A DNA stretch of 56,633 nucleotides from a virus (taxonomy: Duplodnaviria; Caudoviricetes). Where the stretch lies: positions 1-56,633 of IMG/VR virus record IMGVR_UViG_3300034053_000043; one strand, written 5' to 3'. This document shows positions 44,518 through 54,057 of this stretch, piece by piece. Below the pieces are notes generated by a model that was given only the letters and a program-made list of their open reading frames with translations, was not told where the DNA came from and ran no database searches. Position 1 is the first letter of the stretch. Each line of letters begins with the position of its first letter. The translations under genes were made by a program, and so were the position numbers.

Positions 44518-44927
44518 GGCTTGGCCTTCGATGCGATGGACGCGAACTCAGCAGTAGCAAGGCGGACCATGCCTCCTGGCGCCTGCTTCGACCAGCCGTA
44601 CTCCAAGCGCTCGGAGTAAGGCAACCCGTTGGCGAGCCATGTCACGCCGCCTACTGGCAGCGTTAGCGCCTTTGCAGCCTCGGCATCACCGCGACTCTTT
44701 ATCTTGGACGCAGTGACCGTCACGTCAGGCGTGCCATAGCTCACATTCCAATTCGCGCGGAATCGGCCTGTGTCTACCGGCGAGCGCAGGACAACCTTAC
44801 GGAATAGATCCAGCGTCACCTTGCGCACCACGGTCTCCACGTCGCCCTTAGCCGCTTCGACCATCCTCGCCATCGGCAGCGACCACTGCGAGCGCCTGAC
44901 TTCAGCCACGGCGCACCTGGCACTCAT
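44514..44927 (-). CDS. HK97 gp10-like neck protein
   Basis: SPVDTGRFRANW, LEYGWSKQAP.GM. Confidence 0.85.
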   Translation of the reverse strand: MSARCAVAEVRRSQWSLPMARMVEAAKGDVETVVRKVTLDLFRKVVLRSPVDTGRFRANWNVSYGTPDVTVTASKIKSRGDAEAAKALTLPVGGVTWLANGLPYSERLEYGWSKQAPGGMVRLATAEFASIASKAKP

Positions 44928-45264
44928 AGACCACGGCCGTGCCGCCCGGATCTGTCGGCGTCACGCTGACAATCGTCCAGACGGTCGAGCCGATGGTGAG
45001 CCGATCAGCAGGCTCCGGCGCAACGCTCAGGCCCTCGGCCGAGACCGTCACTTTGCGGTCGCCGGCCTGGATCATCAGAGGCCCAACGCGGTCGCCTTTG
45101 TAGGCCCATACAACGCCTTTAACGGTGTAGGTGGTAGTAGTGATGGCACTCGCCCCAGTCGTTGGGCTGTAGGCCCCGCTAGAACGCTTGCTCAGCGTCA
45201 TTGACTGGCCGAAGCTCGTGATGAGCCGGCCGGCTGTCGCTCGAAGATCGGTGTAGGTGCTCAT
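44902..45264 (-). CDS. head closure / head-tail adaptor
   Basis: Position; IQAGD....Y.CQVR. Confidence 0.7.
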   Translation of the reverse strand: MSTYTDLRATAGRLITSFGQSMTLSKRSSGAYSPTTGASAITTTTYTVKGVVWAYKGDRVGPLMIQAGDRKVTVSAEGLSVAPEPADRLTIGSTVWTIVSVTPTDPGGTAVVYECQVRRG

Positions 45265-45782
45265 GCGCGCACAAGAGGCAGCGCCCCGCCTGCGGTTTTG
45301 AGCAGCGGAGCCAGCAAGCGATCAACAGCGACGAATCGCACGTATTGCGCGGCCCCTGCTTCGTATTGCACGGCAATCTCGCCGACCTTCTCCGATGCGG
45401 TCTTGCGGCTCAGGTCCGGGGCCAGTTCACCGAACGCCGCGCGCCAGGCCAGCTCGGCGCATGCGTGCTGCACCTCAGTCGGCACAGCATCGGACGCATA
45501 CAGGCTGACGGTGTAGGTGCCGTGATCCGGGCGCGGCACGTTGTACCGGGGCCAGTCGAGCGCCTGCGTGGTGTTGACGCGTGTCCCGCGCCAGCGCATG
45601 CGATAGACCTGCTGCATGTAGTCGGTTGCGCGGCGCAGGCAACCCTCTTTCTCGGCTGTCGAGAAATCGGCAGAGGCCCACAGCGTCTGGTTGCGGGCGG
45701 CAAGGTAGGTGTCGCAGTCGGCCACGCTGATATAGCTCTCTGCCGTCGCAGAGCCTGTGCCTGTTTCGGTTTCGAGCGCCAT
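45261..45782 (-). CDS. head-tail connector
   Basis: ESYISVA...QALDWPR...VP.EV..A.AELA. Confidence 0.75.
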   Translation of the reverse strand: MALETETGTGSATAESYISVADCDTYLAARNQTLWASADFSTAEKEGCLRRATDYMQQVYRMRWRGTRVNTTQALDWPRYNVPRPDHGTYTVSLYASDAVPTEVQHACAELAWRAAFGELAPDLSRKTASEKVGEIAVQYEAGAAQYVRFVAVDRLLAPLLKTAGGALPLVRA

Positions 45783-45785
45783 GTG

Positions 45786-46382
45786 CTAGTCCTGTGTCTG
45801 CCCGGTAAGCGGGTATGTCTGCGGGCTGGTCAGCACGCCGGCTTGCGATAGACCAGCGAGCGGAAATGACGCGCTGCGGCCCTTGAGTGGGTAGGCTGCG
45901 TCGGAGCCAACTCCGACAAGCCCGCCAGCAATTGAGATGACGCCCAACGCCACATCGCCTGACAAGGCGCTCGCGCCTGCGTCTGCCAGCGTGCCCGCCG
46001 ACGCAACATCGCCCAGATCCACGTTGCCAGACAGCGTGGCGACATCACCGACAGCAAGCTCAAACCGCCCGATCCCAGCCCCGTAGCCAATGTCTGTCGT
46101 GCTTGCCACGCCGTCGACGTAGAGCGCGTACAGCGCGTAATCGGCGTCGCCCGTGTACGAAAACGCGCTGTCCTCGTAGACCGTCAGCGCGCCACTCGGC
46201 CAGCGCGTGATAGGCCCGCGAACCTCTTTGCCTGCATCGGCCGGCAGGCTCAGCCCGGCGTACAGGTAGCCCGCGCCATCCAGGCCGCCAGACGGCACCA
46301 GCGAGCCAAGCACGCCAAGGCCGGGACCGCCGTAGTGCGTGCCTGTTATGCCGGGTGGCGTGCCGCCGTAGCTGGTGCTCAT
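45786..46382 (-). CDS. virion-associated hypothetical protein
   Basis: In the head operon; two LSGxV.L...AG.L repeats. Confidence 0.6.
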   Translation of the reverse strand: MSTSYGGTPPGITGTHYGGPGLGVLGSLVPSGGLDGAGYLYAGLSLPADAGKEVRGPITRWPSGALTVYEDSAFSYTGDADYALYALYVDGVASTTDIGYGAGIGRFELAVGDVATLSGNVDLGDVASAGTLADAGASALSGDVALGVISIAGGLVGVGSDAAYPLKGRSASFPLAGLSQAGVLTSPQTYPLTGQTQD

Positions 46383-46384
46383 GC

Positions 46385-47674
46385 TCAGGCGGCGGTGATG
46401 GGCACCGCGAATCGCTGCGAGCCGTCAGCATTCCAGCCGGCGACCATGTAGGTCGTGCCGGCCACCAGCGCCGCGTTGGTGATACTCAGTTCGGCGGTCG
46501 TGCCGTCGGTTGTCTGGTCGGTCAGCGCCAGCACCTGGGCGCCTGTGGTCATCGACAGGACGGTGACGACAGGGATCGTGACGCTTGTTTGCAGGGATCC
46601 AGACCAGTTGCGCAGCGCGGGGACAGTGACGACACCGGGCTGCTGGCTCAGCGTTCCAGCCGGGGCGATGGCATCGAGCGTGACATCGCCGCTCAGCGAC
46701 GTAGGGCCTGCGTCGGCAATGGTGCCGGCCGGCGCGATAGCGTCTAGGGTGACGTTGCCGGATAGCGTGCTCGCTGGTGCGGCGTACTGATCAGCTCCAA
46801 TGTCCCATGGAGCGTTCCGTGTATCGCCCTGCGCGTCCGTCGTGAACGACGCAGACAAGTCTTCGCCTGCTCCGACCAGCGCATTTGTCCCGGCCTTGAG
46901 GCGGAAATCCTCCGCGCCTGCGGTCACGCTGGCGAAAACGGCAGAGCCCGCAATGCTGGTCAGCGATCCGGTCGGATAGTCGATGGTCGCCGTGCTGTCG
47001 CTGCTGACGTTGTTGTTTCCAGCCGGTGCTGCTGCGCCAGTCCAGAAGTCTTCTGCTGTGCCGGTGGATTTGCCGCTGTACGTGTTCTTGCAGGTTAGCT
47101 CTGTGTCGCATACGACGCCGAGTTGATCAGCTGTGCGCCAGAACACGCAGTTGTGGATCGTAGCTGCCGCCATCGTGCGGGTGTCGATGGAGCGGCTGGC
47201 GCCGTACACAACCGTATTGCGCATGCGCAGCGTCAAAGATGCCGGGGAGCCTTCGACGGCATAGACACTGCCTGTGCGCGTGTCGTGGATCAAGCATGAA
47301 TCAACATCCACCAGAGTCGGGGAGCCGAATTCAAGGGCAGCGCCGGCACCGTCCGACCGGAACAGCTCCAGGCCTTCGAGGTACACATGCCCGCCGGAGA
47401 TGACCAGCGTCCCCATGCGGAAACCGGATCCCGACACAGAGCGGGGCCGCAGGCTGTGGCGGTAGGCGACAGGACAGACGATCTTGACGTAACGGGTGGC
47501 GTCAGTCGTCCAGCCCGTCAGGTTCAGGTTCTCGGCAAGGCCGAAGTCGCGCACCTCGGCGACGGCGATCTGATCCGCCGTCACGAGGTTGCGGACCTGC
47601 GCGGTTTGCCAGGCCGACAGCGAGGTGTAGTCGCCGCCGCTCGCTGCGATGACGTGCGTAACGGTCGTCGGCAT
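46385..47674 (-). CDS. virion-associated beta-helix-like protein
   Basis: GGDYTSLSAW, WDIGADQY; two LSGxVTLDAIAPAGT repeats. Confidence 0.65.
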   Translation of the reverse strand: MPTTVTHVIAASGGDYTSLSAWQTAQVRNLVTADQIAVAEVRDFGLAENLNLTGWTTDATRYVKIVCPVAYRHSLRPRSVSGSGFRMGTLVISGGHVYLEGLELFRSDGAGAALEFGSPTLVDVDSCLIHDTRTGSVYAVEGSPASLTLRMRNTVVYGASRSIDTRTMAAATIHNCVFWRTADQLGVVCDTELTCKNTYSGKSTGTAEDFWTGAAAPAGNNNVSSDSTATIDYPTGSLTSIAGSAVFASVTAGAEDFRLKAGTNALVGAGEDLSASFTTDAQGDTRNAPWDIGADQYAAPASTLSGNVTLDAIAPAGTIADAGPTSLSGDVTLDAIAPAGTLSQQPGVVTVPALRNWSGSLQTSVTIPVVTVLSMTTGAQVLALTDQTTDGTTAELSITNAALVAGTTYMVAGWNADGSQRFAVPITAA

Positions 47675-48618
47675 TAGATGGTCTCCAGCGGGAATCCGCA
47701 GATCACCGAGGCGCACGAATAGCCGAGATTGACCATGCCGCGCCCGTTAAGGTGGACGTTGTCAGCTCTCATGTAGTACGGCAGCGCTGGCGCCGTGACG
47801 TGCCCTGGCGAAGCGGCCGCGGCGGCGGCCTTTGCGGCATACACGCCTGCGCCATAGGATGCGCTCGACGGGTCCATCTGCCACAGCAGGATCGGGTTCG
47901 GCGCGACAGCGATGCCGTCTGCATCCCATGCTGTGACGAGCGCGTCAAGGCGGGCGCGATACCATGCCTCGGTCATGCCCATGTCGGCCTCTCCCTGCAC
48001 CCACACCATGCCGCGCTGGCTGATGGTTACGCCATTGCTGACGAACCACGCCTCGGCCTCATCGTGTTCGGCCTTGCCCTGTAGATACATCGCGCCAGCA
48101 GTCGACTCGAAGGCGTCGATTGACTGCGACCCCGCGGCGTTTTTCAGCAGGTAGAGGTTGCCGCTTGTGGTGTTGCGCATCCACTCGACAGCCAAACCGA
48201 ACTCAGGCCCAAAAAGACCGGCACCTGTTTGGTTGTTGCTGTCTGGATCCAGCTGGGCAAATGCCGCGCCAGTCCAAATGTAGACCCTGCTGAAAATGCC
48301 CGCGTAGTAAGTGGCTAGGCCGGCGTCTCCAGACAGCGGAGCGGCGCTAATGTCGCTGCCATACGTCTGCCCCATAGCGTTCGACTGGCCCCAAATCTCG
48401 ACGAACGTAGGAACAGCAGTCGCCTCCATAGACCCACTAGGCGCCACCACATCTAGCGTCACGTCGCCGCCCACGTCAGACTGTTGCGCAGCAAGGGTGC
48501 CGGCGGGCAGGATCGCATCAAGCTCAACGCCCGAAGACAAGCGGCCGCCAGCCCAGCGCCCGCCGTGGATCGGCTGGCCTGCGGCAACGCTGTAGGTCGT
48601 GAGCGCCGGTACAGCCAC
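47674..48618 (-). CDS. SASA/CE6 SGNH carbohydrate acetylesterase-domain protein
   Basis: GQSNA, FGPE, WVQGEAD, DNVH motifs. Confidence 0.8.
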   Translation of the reverse strand: MAVPALTTYSVAAGQPIHGGRWAGGRLSSGVELDAILPAGTLAAQQSDVGGDVTLDVVAPSGSMEATAVPTFVEIWGQSNAMGQTYGSDISAAPLSGDAGLATYYAGIFSRVYIWTGAAFAQLDPDSNNQTGAGLFGPEFGLAVEWMRNTTSGNLYLLKNAAGSQSIDAFESTAGAMYLQGKAEHDEAEAWFVSNGVTISQRGMVWVQGEADMGMTEAWYRARLDALVTAWDADGIAVAPNPILLWQMDPSSASYGAGVYAAKAAAAAASPGHVTAPALPYYMRADNVHLNGRGMVNLGYSCASVICGFPLETI

Positions 48619-48620
48619 GA

Positions 48621-49010
48621 TCAGGCGTTAGGTGCGGTCCAAGTCAGACCGGTGACGGTCACGTTCTGGTTTGCGACCACCGTGCCGGTGAACGTCAGAT
48701 TGCCAGCGCCCCCGCCCGTGTCGATGTCGGCCACCACCGTGTCGTCGCTCTTGGTGAATCGCACGAATGTCGGCGTGCCGTTGACGTGGCTGCTGTTGGT
48801 CTGCGTGACAGAGCCGAACGTGAGCACGCCTGACGCCGTGGTGCCAGCCGTGGCGCCAAGCGTCAGCGTGGCAAGCAAGGTGCCGGCCGGGGTGCCGAGT
48901 GCTGCCGGCTTGCTGCCGTTGTAAATCTTCATCTTGCCACCGCTGCCGATGGCAGTAACGAGCGCGTCGGCAACCAGGTTGCGCGCGGCGGTGGATAGGG
49001 TCATGGTCAT
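48621..49010 (-). CDS. virion structural hypothetical protein
   Basis: Thr/Gly-rich beta protein after the capsid gene. Confidence 0.65.
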   Translation of the reverse strand: MTMTLSTAARNLVADALVTAIGSGGKMKIYNGSKPAALGTPAGTLLATLTLGATAGTTASGVLTFGSVTQTNSSHVNGTPTFVRFTKSDDTVVADIDTGGGAGNLTFTGTVVANQNVTVTGLTWTAPNA

Positions 49011-49013
49011 GGG

Positions 49014-49205
49014 TCAGTCCTCGATACGCCATCCGCCTCGTGCGTAGTTCTCCACCTCGTCGAGGTGAACGTCAGCGGTGTACGGGGGCGGGTTGGTTTC
49101 AGCGGAGCGCACCATTCGCACGGTGCGCGGCTTGTCTTGCGCTTCAGGCTGGGCGACGGCCGAAGCCGCCGCCTTAGCCGCGCGCTGTTCGCGCGTGTAG
49201 GCCAT
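49014..49205 (-). CDS. small hypothetical protein
   Basis: TAATG coupling to the capsid gene; ADVHLDEVENY. Confidence 0.6.
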   Translation of the reverse strand: MAYTREQRAAKAAASAVAQPEAQDKPRTVRMVRSAETNPPPYTADVHLDEVENYARGGWRIED

Positions 49206-50350
49206 TAGCCCAACAGGGTAGCCACGAAGTCCGACTTCCAGACCTTCGTGCCATACAGGCAACGAACGTCGAACATCGCCTTCATGAAGCCCTTGTAGAC
49301 CGCAATCTCGAACACGAGACCAGACCACGGATCTTGCACGGTCATCATGTCGACCGCGGCGTCACCACCAGGCGGCATCGCCGGAGGACGAATACCAAGC
49401 TCAATCGCCGAGCGATGGAATGCCAGGTTTGGCGTGTACGCGGCGCCGACAGTGATCGCGTCATTGTCTGCTTCAGCAACGCGCAGGCCAGGAGCACCAA
49501 TCACGAAGTTACCGCCGCTCAGTGCCGTATTGACAACATACTTATGCGTCGTCCCGGCGAACGTCACGATGTCGCCAGCCAGCACGGTGCCTGTGCCGGT
49601 GTCGGTGGCGATCGTCGTGTTGCCAACGGCAGACGCCGCATCGTTCAACAAGTAGCCAGATCCCGTTCCAGCCGTGTGCGAGCCGATGCCGGCCGACTCT
49701 TTGAGCATGAAGCCCATCAAGTCGAGCAGCGTGCCCTGGCGCAATAGATCGGTGCCGCCGCCCTCATTCGCCTTTTGCAGCTGAGCAAGGCTGCGCAGGT
49801 TTGCGCCTGCTGTGGTGTTCATGACAACCGACAGTTGACCGTCAAACGGGCAGCCGTTGTCTGCCAGGATCTTGCGCAGTTGCGGCAACTCAGCAAAAGA
49901 CGATGCAAACGGTGTGGTGCCAGCAGTGCCATAGCCGCGCGAGGCGCCCTTGTACGCGGCGGTCCAAAGCGCCGTTTCGATGGTGTTCGTGATGGCGCGC
50001 ATGGCTTGCTTGATCTGATCGCCGTAGATCGTTTCGAAGCCGGTGCCGTTGTTGACGTGTTTCACGTCCTCGCCAGTCCACGGGATCTGTACCGAGGCGT
50101 AGGTGTCCACCGTCATCGTCTTGGTGTCGACGGTCTGATCGGTGCCCTCAGGGATCGTCATCGCCGGAGCGAAGGACGACGACACGGTGACGGCGCGAGT
50201 CGCGTGCGAACGGATGGTGTCTCCCTTTGCGGCACGCGTGGTGGCGTCGCCGTTGATGGTGACTGACGGAATGATGCCGACGAGTTCGCGGCCCACCATG
50301 TCGGCGGCCTTGTAGATGTCAGCAGCAAGGTTAGAGAGAACGTTTGCCAT
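49205..50350 (-). CDS. major capsid protein (P22 coat-like)
   Basis: 381 aa after the scaffold gene; NLAFHRSAI; AAAGG RBS. Confidence 0.85.
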   Translation of the reverse strand: MANVLSNLAADIYKAADMVGRELVGIIPSVTINGDATTRAAKGDTIRSHATRAVTVSSSFAPAMTIPEGTDQTVDTKTMTVDTYASVQIPWTGEDVKHVNNGTGFETIYGDQIKQAMRAITNTIETALWTAAYKGASRGYGTAGTTPFASSFAELPQLRKILADNGCPFDGQLSVVMNTTAGANLRSLAQLQKANEGGGTDLLRQGTLLDLMGFMLKESAGIGSHTAGTGSGYLLNDAASAVGNTTIATDTGTGTVLAGDIVTFAGTTHKYVVNTALSGGNFVIGAPGLRVAEADNDAITVGAAYTPNLAFHRSAIELGIRPPAMPPGGDAAVDMMTVQDPWSGLVFEIAVYKGFMKAMFDVRCLYGTKVWKSDFVATLLG

Positions 50351-50371
50351 GGTTAGGCCCTTTCAGGATTG

Positions 50372-50395
50372 AAAAAGCCCGCGCATGGCGGGCTT
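50372..50395 (-). terminator. intrinsic terminator-like hairpin
   Basis: AAGCCCGC/GCGGGCTT stem plus T tract on the - strand. Confidence 0.6.
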
Positions 50396-50417
50396 AGATG
50401 CTGGATTACTTGAACGG

Positions 50418-51200
50418 CTAGTCGGTGACCTTGCCGCCTGCCTTGACGAATGCCGCACGCGCCATCTGGTCCATGGCATCAAATGCGGAGCGCTGAACGG
50501 TCTTCGATCCGCCACCACTGCCGTTTCCGCCTTGTGCTCCTGACCCAGAAGCGCCGGAGCCCTTCAGGATCTGTGCTTTGTGCGGGTAGGCGTCCACCAT
50601 CAATTCGAGCGCTTCGTCGAAGTCGGCAATCTCGCCGGGCTTGGTGCGCGAATAGAGCTTGTTGCCGCTCGCGTCATAGCCGACTACCTTGCCGCCGTCC
50701 TCGACCTTGAACCGCTGGCCGAACAGAGCTTGCGCAATGTCCCCTCCGGCAGGCCCTTCGGCTGCGAACTTCTCCGCGATGAACTTTGATCGGGAGAACC
50801 CGCCGCCGATCATGTGCGCCGTGAGTTGCTGTTCAAGCGTCTGAGCACGCTGCACGATGGGCGCGTACTTTTCCTCGACGGCCTTGACTGCCTCGGACCT
50901 CACCTTGTCGACCTCGCCCGCATCCACGAGCTTTTTGTCGTCCAGGTTTTTGAGCGTCTGAAGCGCCTTCAGGGCTGCGGCTGGATCGCCGATGCCTTCG
51001 TAGTTCTTCAGCGCCTTCTCGGCTGCTTCCTTGGCTTCGCGGTGGGCTTTCGCCTCGCCGTTCAGCCGAGAGATAGTGCCGAGCGTCGTGTCTGCGTCGA
51101 ATGGCGATTCTTTGCCGTCTGCGTGGACGTAGATGGGCAGTTTCGCGCCGTTGACTTCAGCGAGAGCAATGGAGCCTTCTGGGGTGAGCTTGAATGGCAT
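50418..51200 (-). CDS. capsid scaffolding protein (DUF6651-like)
   Basis: Coiled coil, Gly-rich tail; precedes the capsid gene. Confidence 0.75.
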   Translation of the reverse strand: MPFKLTPEGSIALAEVNGAKLPIYVHADGKESPFDADTTLGTISRLNGEAKAHREAKEAAEKALKNYEGIGDPAAALKALQTLKNLDDKKLVDAGEVDKVRSEAVKAVEEKYAPIVQRAQTLEQQLTAHMIGGGFSRSKFIAEKFAAEGPAGGDIAQALFGQRFKVEDGGKVVGYDASGNKLYSRTKPGEIADFDEALELMVDAYPHKAQILKGSGASGSGAQGGNGSGGGSKTVQRSAFDAMDQMARAAFVKAGGKVTD

Positions 51201-51298
51201 GTGATGGTGGGTGATGTGCGCGTGGCATCCGCCTAGCGCTTGCGGTGAGGACATCCGTCCCCGTGGCGCCCGTTGACTTCCGTCGCTGGGCAGAAAAG

Positions 51299-51331
51299 CA
51301 AAAGGCCCCAGGGCTTGCGCCGAGGGGCCTT
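51299..51331 (-). terminator. intrinsic terminator-like hairpin
   Basis: AAGGCCCC...GGGGCCTT plus T tract. Confidence 0.6.
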
Positions 51332-51359
51332 AGTCGCCTGTGGTCAGGCTAGATAGTGG

Positions 51360-51584
51360 TCAGGCGAGCTTGACTCGCTCGCCCTTTGAAAAGCACAGCG
51401 CGCACAGCAACACCTTAGTGCCGCCTCGCGTCTTGCCGCCGACGTAGAGCACGCCGACCTTAGTCTCGATCACCTCGCGCCCGCCGCAGCGCACGCACTG
51501 CAACATCGCAGCTGGGCGAGCGTCAGCAGCCCGCGCGCGCTTGCGCGGGGCCGGCTTGGGGACAAGGTGTAACGGCACGGGCAA
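51360..51584 (-). CDS. small zinc-ribbon protein
   Basis: CVRCG...CALC. Confidence 0.6.
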   Translation of the reverse strand: MPVPLHLVPKPAPRKRARAADARPAAMLQCVRCGGREVIETKVGVLYVGGKTRGGTKVLLCALCFSKGERVKLA

Positions 51585-51587
51585 ACA

Positions 51588-52676
51588 TCATACGCGCGCC
51601 GCAAGTTCGTCTAGCGTGAGCCACCGGCCCTTGTGGTCGTACATGTCCCGCAGGCCCAGCTTGCCAACCCGGTACAGCTTGGCTCGCTCTGGCCCAAGCA
51701 CCTGATCCTGCCGGCCTGCGCTTTGCTTTGCCAGCCAGTCAAGATACGTGGTCGCCGCAGGTACGGCGCCGTCCATGCTGGCCCGCTCGGCGTCTGTCGC
51801 GTCGTCTGCGTCGATGCCAAGCTCACGCCAGGATTTCGTCACAGGCACCGCAGAACTCCGGCAATTCCAGTGCGCGCGGCCAGGGCCTGAGCCCCAGGGG
51901 TAGCTGTGCCCGATAGGCTTGTGCGTGTCGGGTGTGAACTTCAGCCCATCCCTGAGCCTGCAAATCTCGGTTGTTCTGAGGTCGATGGTGCTCGACCATT
52001 GCACCGCTTTGATGAGGTCGGAATTGCGGTCAAAGAACGAATCGCGCACCGTGCTAGCAGTGTGGCTCACCGCCGTCCTGACGATGGCCTCCAAGTGCCG
52101 TCTAGGGGCCTCCATGAGCCCATCCGCATAGCCCCTCGCTCGCGTGCCGCGCAGCCTGCGGACAATCTCCGGAATCGGCTGCTGCTCGACGTAGCCAATG
52201 CGCACCGCGTCCCGAATGCGCGCCGCCCGGTCTGCCTCTAGCGACTGGGACCACTCACGCAGCAGGCGGCCGCTAAACGGCCGGCTCATCGCAGCCGCGT
52301 AAACCTGCGCCGCTTCCACCTGAGCGATGCCAACCGATGCCACCACCTGGGGCGGGATCGCTCGGCTGAACAGCTCAAACTGATACGTCGCCTCGACCTC
52401 GGTCAGCTTGCGCAACTCTTCAGTCAGCGCCTGGCCGACTTGCTGATAGGCCTGTGCATTGAGCCAGCGCACAGACTGAAGCAAAGCGTCAAGCCGGTCG
52501 ACTGTGAACGACTCGGGCGGCAGCTTCTCCAGCGCATCCTGCAAGGCGCGCATGAGGTCGGCGTCTGTGCGATTCAGCAGGGCCAGCATCCTACGCACTG
52601 ACCCATTGCTGTACTGCGCCAGGTCTACCGCTCGACTGATCGCCTCATCGCGCAGGTACTCATTGACCGATGGCAT
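51588..52676 (-). CDS. minor head protein (SPP1 gp7/Mu gpF-like)
   Basis: IVRTAVSH...D.RTTEIC..RDG...HWNCRS. Confidence 0.85.
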   Translation of the reverse strand: MPSVNEYLRDEAISRAVDLAQYSNGSVRRMLALLNRTDADLMRALQDALEKLPPESFTVDRLDALLQSVRWLNAQAYQQVGQALTEELRKLTEVEATYQFELFSRAIPPQVVASVGIAQVEAAQVYAAAMSRPFSGRLLREWSQSLEADRAARIRDAVRIGYVEQQPIPEIVRRLRGTRARGYADGLMEAPRRHLEAIVRTAVSHTASTVRDSFFDRNSDLIKAVQWSSTIDLRTTEICRLRDGLKFTPDTHKPIGHSYPWGSGPGRAHWNCRSSAVPVTKSWRELGIDADDATDAERASMDGAVPAATTYLDWLAKQSAGRQDQVLGPERAKLYRVGKLGLRDMYDHKGRWLTLDELAARV

Positions 52677-54057
52677 TTGGATCGCTCATCGCCCCCAGGC
52701 TAGGCCCCTCTGCCGATACCTGATCGAGCACAGTGTCAGGATCTAGCCCGGCATCCAGCTCGCCGCGCCGCTGCATCTCCAGGATCGCGGTAGCTTTGTC
52801 GATAAGCCCGCCTTGCTGCATCGCCAGGACCAGTTGGCCGGATGCTTGACCCAGGCTGCTAGCGCCGTAGTCTGCAAACAGCGCAACGCGGCCGCCGCTT
52901 GGCAGGCTAAGCCAGTCGGCCATGTACTGCAAGGCAGTGGCTAGCGCATCCTCGAAGACCTCTGCGATGCGTTGCAGCGTGCAGCGGTTGCCTTCGTTGT
53001 CGGCCGCTGATTCGGTCGCAGTCCTGGACCCTGGCTGCTTCACCAGTAGCTCTGCACCGGCCTGAATCATTTGTTGTTCGAGGTCTTGCAGCGACTCGCG
53101 GCCAGCACCGATTGCTGCTCCTGAGTGCTCGACGTAGGCCATCGCGGCGCCAGTCGGGAGCCTGACCGCAGCAGACCCGCCGACCGTGACCTGAAACTGG
53201 TCATCATCGACGCCTGAGACGGTCAGGATCGGGACGCGAGCTACGTGCATCAGCGTGTCCTGATCGCTTTGGGCCTGCCAGTGCTTGACGTTGAGATAGG
53301 CCACGTCCAAGAGTGGCGCATCGCCCTCCATGAACTCATCGCGGAGGCCATAGATCGGCACGAAAGGAATGTCCTTCAGCGTCGTCGTACCCTCTTCGAT
53401 CAGCACGTAGTCGGTGCTTTTGGTCTTGTCCTCGGGCTCTTGCCAAAGCTCATAGCGCCCAGGCTCAAGCACCCGAACGCGTTTGATGCACTTGACCCCG
53501 TAGGGGCCGTCAGGCGCTTCGTATTCCTCGGCGAGTCGAATCTGAGTCAGCTTCCACGCGCCACCGATCAGCGCAGTCTTCCAGCCCAGGATGGCGCCAT
53601 GGCCGATCAGAGCCATGTACGGGCGGGCACCGACTCGCGCCTCGTCCGCCAAGGTCTTGACGCCTTCGACCTTCGGATAGTCGACAAGGATGCCGGCAAG
53701 CCCGTAGGCAACGGCGCGTTCGAACGCCTCAGCCGCGAAGGCGTGCAGGTTGCGCCCTTGAAGATCGACGTTCTCACACAGCTCGCGGATCTTCGGCGGC
53801 ACGTCTTCGCCGCAGCTCAGGGCCTTGCTGAACGGCTTGCTTGCCATGACCTGCACCGTGCGCCTGTAGGCCGGGAACAGGGTCGCTGTCTTGAGCCTGG
53901 CGCGATGCGCCGAGTCGTCTTCGCCGGGCCACTTCGGCAGCAGCGATTCGCCTGCCTTGCGCATCGCTGCGGTTCCGCCCATGAGGGCTTCGACCACAGC
54001 CCAGCCTGCCGCACGTTCTTCGATTTCGTGCGACGGGTCTTGGACGCGAAGGGTCAA
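52660..54057 (-). CDS. portal protein (DUF4055-like)
   Basis: Follows terL; LNVKHWQ..SD motif. Confidence 0.85.
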   Translation of the reverse strand: MTLRVQDPSHEIEERAAGWAVVEALMGGTAAMRKAGESLLPKWPGEDDSAHRARLKTATLFPAYRRTVQVMASKPFSKALSCGEDVPPKIRELCENVDLQGRNLHAFAAEAFERAVAYGLAGILVDYPKVEGVKTLADEARVGARPYMALIGHGAILGWKTALIGGAWKLTQIRLAEEYEAPDGPYGVKCIKRVRVLEPGRYELWQEPEDKTKSTDYVLIEEGTTTLKDIPFVPIYGLRDEFMEGDAPLLDVAYLNVKHWQAQSDQDTLMHVARVPILTVSGVDDDQFQVTVGGSAAVRLPTGAAMAYVEHSGAAIGAGRESLQDLEQQMIQAGAELLVKQPGSRTATESAADNEGNRCTLQRIAEVFEDALATALQYMADWLSLPSGGRVALFADYGASSLGQASGQLVLAMQQGGLIDKATAILEMQRRGELDAGLDPDTVLDQVSAEGPSLGAMSDPNAIGQ

